A DNA stretch of 64,000 nt, from NCBI GenBank assembly GCA_964459005.1, contig CAYWOW010000001.1, positions 8,218 to 72,217 of the forward strand. Reading direction: 5' to 3'. Each line of letters starts with the position of its first letter. The first letter of the stretch is position 1. Source of the DNA: an uncultured Acetobacteraceae bacterium. Lineage in GTDB: Bacteria; Pseudomonadota; Alphaproteobacteria; Acetobacterales; Acetobacteraceae. A program made the position numbers and the translations under genes. The notes under the pieces are model-generated. The model was not told the DNA's origin and did not search any database. It saw only the letters and a list, made by a program, of their open reading frames with translations. Positions 58,737-64,000 of this stretch are shown here, piece after piece.

Positions 58737-60620
58737 ATGCCTGGGCTTCCTTCGGAACATATGTCGGCGGATCTGCCCCGGTCGGGCGCCAGCTGGCGTT
58801 CGGTCTGCGCGCGAATCGAGCATTGGGTCGTCCTGGTCGCCGAAGTCCCGGCCGTCATCATTCTGGTGGCGGAGGTCGGGGTATTGTTCATCGGCGTTGT
58901 CTTTCGTTATGGCCTGAACCACTCGCTGGTGTGGACGGACGAACTGTCCGGCATGCTGTTTCTGTGGCTCTCCATGCTGGGAATGGTCAGCGCGCAGCAC
59001 CGCGTCGGGCATTTGCACCTGGCCGCGGTGGCGGTCCGCCTGCCCGCGGCTTGGCGCAATCGCCTGGAAACCCTCGCGGCATGCATCGCCGCCTTGTTCG
59101 TCCTTGAAATCGTGCTGCCGGCCACCCGCTACGCCATCGCCCAATGGGACATCATCACCGCGGCGCTCAGCATACACGATACGATCCGGGCCTCGGCGAT
59201 CGTCGTCGGCGCTGTCCTGTTGCTGATCGTTGCCCTGTTGCAGATGGCGCAGCGAGCCGCCCCGAAGGACATCGCACTATGTGTCTCGGCGCTCGCCCTC
59301 TGCGCCGTGGCCCTGTGGCTCGCCCAGCCCTGGCTCGAAGACATCGGGAACTGGAATCTGGTCATCTTCTTCGGGGTGATGGTGCCGCTGCTGGTGCTGT
59401 CCGGCACGCCGATCGCCTTTTCGTTTGGTGTCGCCACCATGACCTATCTCGGCTTGATGACCCACGTGCCTCTGACCATCGTCATCAGCCGCATGGACGA
59501 GGGCATGTCGACGCTGGTGCTGTTGGCCATTCCCCTGTTCATCTTCCTCGGCCTGTTGATCGAGATGACCGGACTTGCCGCCCGGCTGGTCGCGTTTCTG
59601 GCAGCCCTGGTCGGGCATTTCCGGGGCGGGCTGTCCTATACGCTGATCGCCGCCATGTATCTGGTGTCGGGCATTTCCGGCTCGAAGGCCGCTGACATGG
59701 CGGCGATCGCCCCGGTCCTGCTGCCGGAAATGCGCCGGCGCGGTCAGCCGCCCGGCGAGCTGATCGGCATCTTGTCGTCCTCGGCCGCCATGGGCGAGAC
59801 CATACCGCCCAGCATCGTGCTGATCACCGTCGGTTCGGTAACCGGCGTGTCCATCGCTGGCCTGTTCACCGGCGGCCTGCTGCCGGCGGTGGTGGGATCG
59901 ATCGGTCTCGCCATGGTCACCTTCTGGCGTTCGCGCGGCGAGGCGGTCGGCACGGTCAGGCGCGCCACCGGCCGGCAGATCGGACGGGTCTTCATCGCCG
60001 CGGTGCCGGCGCTGATCCTGCCGATCCTGATCCGCTGGGCGGTGGTGGCCGGCATCACCACGGCGACCGAGGTTTCAACGGCCGGCGTGGTTTACACCAT
60101 CGTCGTCGCCCTGATCGTCTACCGGCAGTCCGACTGGAGCAGGTTGCCGGCAATCCTGCTCGAAACCGTCTCGTTGACCGGCACCATCATGGTGATCCTG
60201 GGCGCCGCGACGGCCATGGGCTGGGCGTTGACCCAGTCCGGCTTCTCGGCCGATCTGGCCGCGGCCATGAGTCGGATGCCCGGCGGCGGCGCCGGTTTCC
60301 TGGCGCTGTCGATCCCGGTGTTCGCCATCCTGGGCAGCGTCCTGGAAGGCATTCCGGCCGTCGTCCTGTTCGGTCCGCTGCTGTTCCCGATCGCCGCCGA
60401 ACTGCACATCAACCTCATCCACTATGGCATCGTCGTGGTGCTGTCGATGAGCCTTGGGCTGTTCACGCCGCCCTTCGGCATCGGCTTCTATCAGGCCTGC
60501 GCCATCGGCCGGGTGGAGCCCGACCAGGTGATGCGCACGATCTGGCCCTTCATGGCGGCGTTGCTGGTCGCCACCATCCTGGTGGCCGCGCTGCCGGTGC
60601 TCACGGTGCTGCACTTCTGA
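58737..60620 (+). CDS. dctM: TRAP transporter fused small/large permease (DctQ-DctM)
   Basis: N-terminal DctQ (FRYGLNHSLVWTDELS...HLHL) fused to DctM (LLAIPLFIFLG, SGISGSKAAD, IPPSI, TATE, GLFTPPFG). Confidence 0.92.
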   Translation: MPGLPSEHMSADLPRSGASWRSVCARIEHWVVLVAEVPAVIILVAEVGVLFIGVVFRYGLNHSLVWTDELSGMLFLWLSMLGMVSAQHRVGHLHLAAVAVRLPAAWRNRLETLAACIAALFVLEIVLPATRYAIAQWDIITAALSIHDTIRASAIVVGAVLLLIVALLQMAQRAAPKDIALCVSALALCAVALWLAQPWLEDIGNWNLVIFFGVMVPLLVLSGTPIAFSFGVATMTYLGLMTHVPLTIVISRMDEGMSTLVLLAIPLFIFLGLLIEMTGLAARLVAFLAALVGHFRGGLSYTLIAAMYLVSGISGSKAADMAAIAPVLLPEMRRRGQPPGELIGILSSSAAMGETIPPSIVLITVGSVTGVSIAGLFTGGLLPAVVGSIGLAMVTFWRSRGEAVGTVRRATGRQIGRVFIAAVPALILPILIRWAVVAGITTATEVSTAGVVYTIVVALIVYRQSDWSRLPAILLETVSLTGTIMVILGAATAMGWALTQSGFSADLAAAMSRMPGGGAGFLALSIPVFAILGSVLEGIPAVVLFGPLLFPIAAELHINLIHYGIVVVLSMSLGLFTPPFGIGFYQACAIGRVEPDQVMRTIWPFMAALLVATILVAALPVLTVLHF

Positions 60621-60626
60621 AACGGC

Positions 60627-60678
60627 GCAAAGCGGAACCTTCAGCCCGCGGCGCCCGAGGGTCCGCCATTCCATGGCT
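60627..60678 (-). pseudogene. Truncated 5' fragment of an aldo/keto reductase gene (MEWRTLGRRGLKV-PLC), a degenerate direct repeat of 56491-56545
   Basis: Codon-by-codon alignment with the start of the 55534..56541 gene, with one codon deleted. Similarity stops 6 bp from the dctM stop. Confidence 0.75.
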
Positions 60679-60734
60679 GCCTGGCCCTCGTGTTTGTGCT
60701 GTCCAGTCCGGCGCCAAGCGGCTTTGATGCGCGG

Positions 60735-61289
60735 ATGCCCGCGGACACGCCTCCCCCGCCCCGACTCGTCGCCATCGTCGCCGTGTTCGCCGCCATCGGC
60801 CTGCAGAGCTGGGGTGGCGGCTTGTCGGCCTGGATCCGCCGCGAAGTGGTGGTCCGGCGCGGCTGGATGGACGAACGCTCCTTCCTGGTCGGTCTGACGC
60901 TTTGCCAGATCGCGCCTGGCCCCAACGGAATCAACCTCGCCGTGCTGATCGGCACCGCGCTGCGCGGCGGTCCGGGGGCGCTGGCGGCGCTGCTCGGCAT
61001 GGTGGGCTTGCCGGCGGTGCTGGTGCTGGCGCTCGGCGCCGGGCTGGCGGCGCTGCACGACCAGCCCTGGCTCGGCCCGACGATGGCCGGGCTGGGCGCG
61101 GCCGCCGTCGGGCTGACCCTGGCCAACGCCTTCGACCTCAACCGGCGCAACGTCCGCACAGCGGGCGGACTGGCGGTTACCGCCGTCACCGCCGTCGCCA
61201 TCGGCGTCTTCCGCCTGCCGCTACTGGCGGTCCTGGTCGTGGTGGTGCCGGTGAGCCTGCTGCTGGCCGCCCGGGGGCCGATGAGATGA
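60735..61289 (+). CDS. Short-chain chromate transporter, N-type subunit
   Basis: FAAIGLQSWGGG, VVRRGWMDERSF, LCQIAPGPNGINLAVLIG. Start could be 60690. Confidence 0.85.
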   Translation: MPADTPPPPRLVAIVAVFAAIGLQSWGGGLSAWIRREVVVRRGWMDERSFLVGLTLCQIAPGPNGINLAVLIGTALRGGPGALAALLGMVGLPAVLVLALGAGLAALHDQPWLGPTMAGLGAAAVGLTLANAFDLNRRNVRTAGGLAVTAVTAVAIGVFRLPLLAVLVVVVPVSLLLAARGPMR

Positions 61290-61293
61290 GCCG

Positions 61294-61812
61294 ATGACGC
61301 CGCTGTTCCGGCTGGCGGTTCTGTTCGGCGGCCTGTCCCTGCTCGCGGTCGGCGGCGGCAGCGCGGTGATCCCGGACATGCAGCGCGCCGCCGTGTCGCT
61401 GGGCTGGATGACCGGGCGCGAGTTTCTCGACCTCTACGCCCTGTCGCGCGTCGCCCCGGGTCCGGGGTCGCTGCTGGTCACCCTGATCGGCCAGAAGGTG
61501 GCGGGCCTGCCGGGCGCCGTGGTCGCCACGCTCGCCATGTTCATCCCGTCCTGCCTGGTGCTGCACCTGGCCGCCCGGTTCTGGTACCGCCTGCGCGAGG
61601 CGCCCTGGCGTGGCGTGGCCGAGCGCGGGCTGGCTCCGGTGGGGGTGGGCCTGACCTACGCCGCCGGCCTGGTGCTGATCCGCGGCACCGAGCACGAGGC
61701 CGCCGCCTACGCGCTGACCGCCGTCTCCACCGTGCTGCTGTCGGCCACCAGGGTCCATCCGCTACTGGTGCTCGGCGCGGGCGCGGCGCTGGGGTGGGCG
61801 ATCGGCCTCTGA
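61294..61812 (+). CDS. Short-chain chromate transporter, C-type subunit
   Basis: LSLLAVGGGSAVIPDM, WMTGREFLDLYALSRVAPGPGS. Confidence 0.88.
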   Translation: MTPLFRLAVLFGGLSLLAVGGGSAVIPDMQRAAVSLGWMTGREFLDLYALSRVAPGPGSLLVTLIGQKVAGLPGAVVATLAMFIPSCLVLHLAARFWYRLREAPWRGVAERGLAPVGVGLTYAAGLVLIRGTEHEAAAYALTAVSTVLLSATRVHPLLVLGAGAALGWAIGL

Positions 61813-61883
61813 AGGAGATATCGTTGCCCGCGGCCGCCGCCGGGTCCATATCCCGGCCCTCACCAATCGCCGGGCGGAATGCC

Positions 61884-62336
61884 ATGTCGCGCAATACCAT
61901 CGCCGTCATCTGGGGCGCCGGCATCGTGCTGGCCCTGATCGTCTACGTGACGGGGCCCGACCGCTTCGTCTTCGCCGCCTTCGATCTCATCCAGCGGGCC
62001 TGGTGGGGCGTGCAGGACGCGCTGTTGAATTTCTCCATCGCCGCCTTCGACCTGGTGCGGGCGCTGGCGATCGGCCTGTATTTCGTCTTCGTCGCCCTGG
62101 CCATCCTGACCATCCGCCGCGGCGGCCACGGCCGCGGCGCCCTGATCGCGGTGTCCCTGGTGTTCTTCTGCCTGATCTGGCGCTCGCCCGGCGAGGGCTT
62201 CGGCGCCCATACGCGCTGGATGACCGCCCTGCTGCTGACCGCGGTGTCGGCGCTCAGCATGACGCGCCGGCTCACCCGGCTGGATGCGCCCTCGCCGTGG
62301 CACGTCGGCCCCATGCCGCCCCGCCAGGGTCCGTAA
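61884..62336 (+). CDS. Hypothetical membrane protein (about 4 TM)
   Basis: MSRNTIAVIWGAGIVLALIVY followed by three further hydrophobic segments. Confidence 0.75.
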   Translation: MSRNTIAVIWGAGIVLALIVYVTGPDRFVFAAFDLIQRAWWGVQDALLNFSIAAFDLVRALAIGLYFVFVALAILTIRRGGHGRGALIAVSLVFFCLIWRSPGEGFGAHTRWMTALLLTAVSALSMTRRLTRLDAPSPWHVGPMPPRQGP

Positions 62337-62427
62337 CGGGCGCCGTATCGTTAACGCGTTGTTATCGGCGCGCTAAATCTTAACGCTCGCGCCATAGTCC
62401 CGTTGCTTCCCGGCGGGGCGACGCCCC

Positions 62428-64000
62428 ATGGTGACGGTGCGTCCACCTCCGAGGTTGCGCCGCATGCCGCCCGTCCCAGCCGGATGCAACCCGTCTTTTG
62501 CGACCGATCGTTCCGTCGCGGTCGGCGCGAGCGACCCGTCCGCTCCCGCGCCTGGCGGTGGCGGACCGGACGAGGAGCTGATCCGCGCCTCCGGCCTGTT
62601 CGACGTGGCCTGGTACCGCGAAACCTATCCCGACGTCGCCGCCGCCGGCGTCGATCCGCTGGTCCATTTCGCGGGCTGGGGCTGGCGCGAGGGGCGTCGC
62701 CCCAACCTGTATTTCGACACCCCCTGGTACCTGCGCCAGAACCCCGCCGTCGCCCGTGCCGGGATCGACCCGCTGGTCCACTACATCCGTTTCGGCGAGG
62801 CGCAGAACCGTTCGCCCTCGCCGCATTTCGACCTGCCCTGGTACCGCACCCGCCACCCCGCTCCGGCCACCGGCACGTTGCTGGCGCACTATCTCGAGCG
62901 GCGCCGCAGCGGGCAGGTGACACCAATCGCCGAGTTCGATGCCGCCTGGTACCTGCAGCGCTATCCGGACATCGCCGAGGCCGGCGTCGATCCGTTCGAG
63001 CACTTTCTGCTCTGGGGCTGGCGCGAGGGCCGCAACCCGTCGGCCAATTTCGACACCGGCTTTTATGTGCACCGCTACCTGGAGCCCGGGCAGGACGAAA
63101 ATCCGCTGCTGCACTATCGCCGGCTGCGCCACGTCATCCGCCTGCACACGCGCCGGCCGGCCGAAGAGTCCGGGGTGCATGAGACGGTGCGCCGGTTCAC
63201 CCGCCCCGGTCCGGATTTCGAGGAAGTGCGCGGCCTGCCCGCCTCCGCGCCCAGGCGCGCGACCGTGCTGGCCTACTATCTGCCGCAGTTCCACCCGATC
63301 GCCGAGAACGACCGGTGGTGGGGGGCCGGCTTCACCGAATGGACCTCGCTGGCCCACGCCCTGCCGCGCTTCGCCGGCCACTACCAGCCGCGGGTGCCGC
63401 GCGACCTCGGCCACTACACGCTCGACGGCACCGCGGTGCTGCGCCGGCAGATCGAGCTGGCGCGCGGGGCCGGGCTGGGCGGCTTCATCTTCTACTTCTA
63501 CTGGTTCAACGGCCGGCGCCTGCTGGAGCGCCCGCTCGAGGCGTTCCTCGCCGACCGCTCCCTGGACTTCCCGTTCTGCCTGATGTGGGCGAACGAGAAC
63601 TGGACGCGCCGGTGGGACGGGTCGGACCAGGAGGTGCTGATCTCGCAGGATTGGCACCGGCGCGACGAGGGCGCCCTGATCGACACCTTCGCGCGCCATT
63701 TCCGCGATCCGCGCTACCTCCGCGTCAACGGCCGGGCGTTGCTCATGGTCTATCGCGCCGGCACCATCCCGGACTGCGCCGCCACGCTGGCCCGCTGGCG
63801 CGATGCCTTCCGCAGCCGCTGCGGCGAAGACCCCGTGCTGGTGATGTCGCAGAGTTTCGGCGCCACCGACCCGCGACCCCACGGTTTCGACGGCGCGGTC
63901 GAGTTTCCGCCGCACAAGCTGGTCAACGCGCTGAAGACGCGCAACGCCTCGCTCGCCTGGTTCGACGAGGCCGCCACCGCGCAGGTTTACGACTACGCCG
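62428..64000 (+). CDS. WbsX/GH99-like domain protein with N-terminal repeats; partial, runs off the window and is absent from the ORF track
   Basis: Translated by hand from ATG 62428 (or 62464): LAYYLPQFHPIAENDRWWGAGFTEWT, GHYQPRVPRDLGHY, FIFYFYWFNGRRLLERP, FCLMWANENWTRRWDG, AVEFPPH. Confidence 0.88.
   Translation, partial: MVTVRPPPRLRRMPPVPAGCNPSFATDRSVAVGASDPSAPAPGGGGPDEELIRASGLFDVAWYRETYPDVAAAGVDPLVHFAGWGWREGRRPNLYFDTPWYLRQNPAVARAGIDPLVHYIRFGEAQNRSPSPHFDLPWYRTRHPAPATGTLLAHYLERRRSGQVTPIAEFDAAWYLQRYPDIAEAGVDPFEHFLLWGWREGRNPSANFDTGFYVHRYLEPGQDENPLLHYRRLRHVIRLHTRRPAEESGVHETVRRFTRPGPDFEEVRGLPASAPRRATVLAYYLPQFHPIAENDRWWGAGFTEWTSLAHALPRFAGHYQPRVPRDLGHYTLDGTAVLRRQIELARGAGLGGFIFYFYWFNGRRLLERPLEAFLADRSLDFPFCLMWANENWTRRWDGSDQEVLISQDWHRRDEGALIDTFARHFRDPRYLRVNGRALLMVYRAGTIPDCAATLARWRDAFRSRCGEDPVLVMSQSFGATDPRPHGFDGAVEFPPHKLVNALKTRNASLAWFDEAATAQVYDYA
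62599..63120 (+). repeat. Five in-frame 36-38 aa repeats, FDxx[W/F]Y...[D/N]PLxH[F/Y]
   Basis: FD starts at 62599, 62713, 62827, 62935 and 63049 (spacing 114, 114, 108, 114 bp). Confidence 0.85.

Overview
A 64-kb chromosomal window from a high-GC (about 70% in core genes) alphaproteobacterium. Gene order and protein style suggest Acetobacteraceae/Rhodospirillales, which is an inference. Most of the window is conserved housekeeping content: hrpB; degP with a two-component pair; chorismate mutase-hisC-tyrC; metXW; miaA-ilvIH-ilvC with divergent serB; an MsbA-like exporter and GT9; cca-Nudix-DUF1285 divergent from a MoxR/DUF58/BatA-DUF4159 operon; an Rrf2(NsrR-like)-ric-hcp nitrosative stress module; and rpsA-sppA-ihfB-lapA-pyrF-trpF. 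Two lower-GC accessory tracts interrupt it. (1) About 11.4-16.8 kb carries an orphan GT-B-like protein, a glycan-type methyltransferase, and an isolated two-gene phage-tail-like module whose tailspike-like beta-helix protein has a signal peptide. (2) About 52.8-60.7 kb carries an MFS transporter, a binding protein without a signal peptide, a structured 635-bp spacer, an aldo/keto reductase, an AA_synth-family gene and a TRAP transporter. In tract 2 the first about 17 codons of the aldo/keto reductase gene recur 4.1 kb away as a degenerate direct repeat, which looks like an integration scar. The clearest regulatory signal is a pair of variant NsrR-type operators (TGGTATTG-N-CAATACCA). The window ends in a WbsX/GH99-like protein with five N-terminal 36-38 aa repeats. 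I saw no tRNA, rRNA, CRISPR array, integrase or transposase. All family assignments come from motif recognition by eye; no database search was run.
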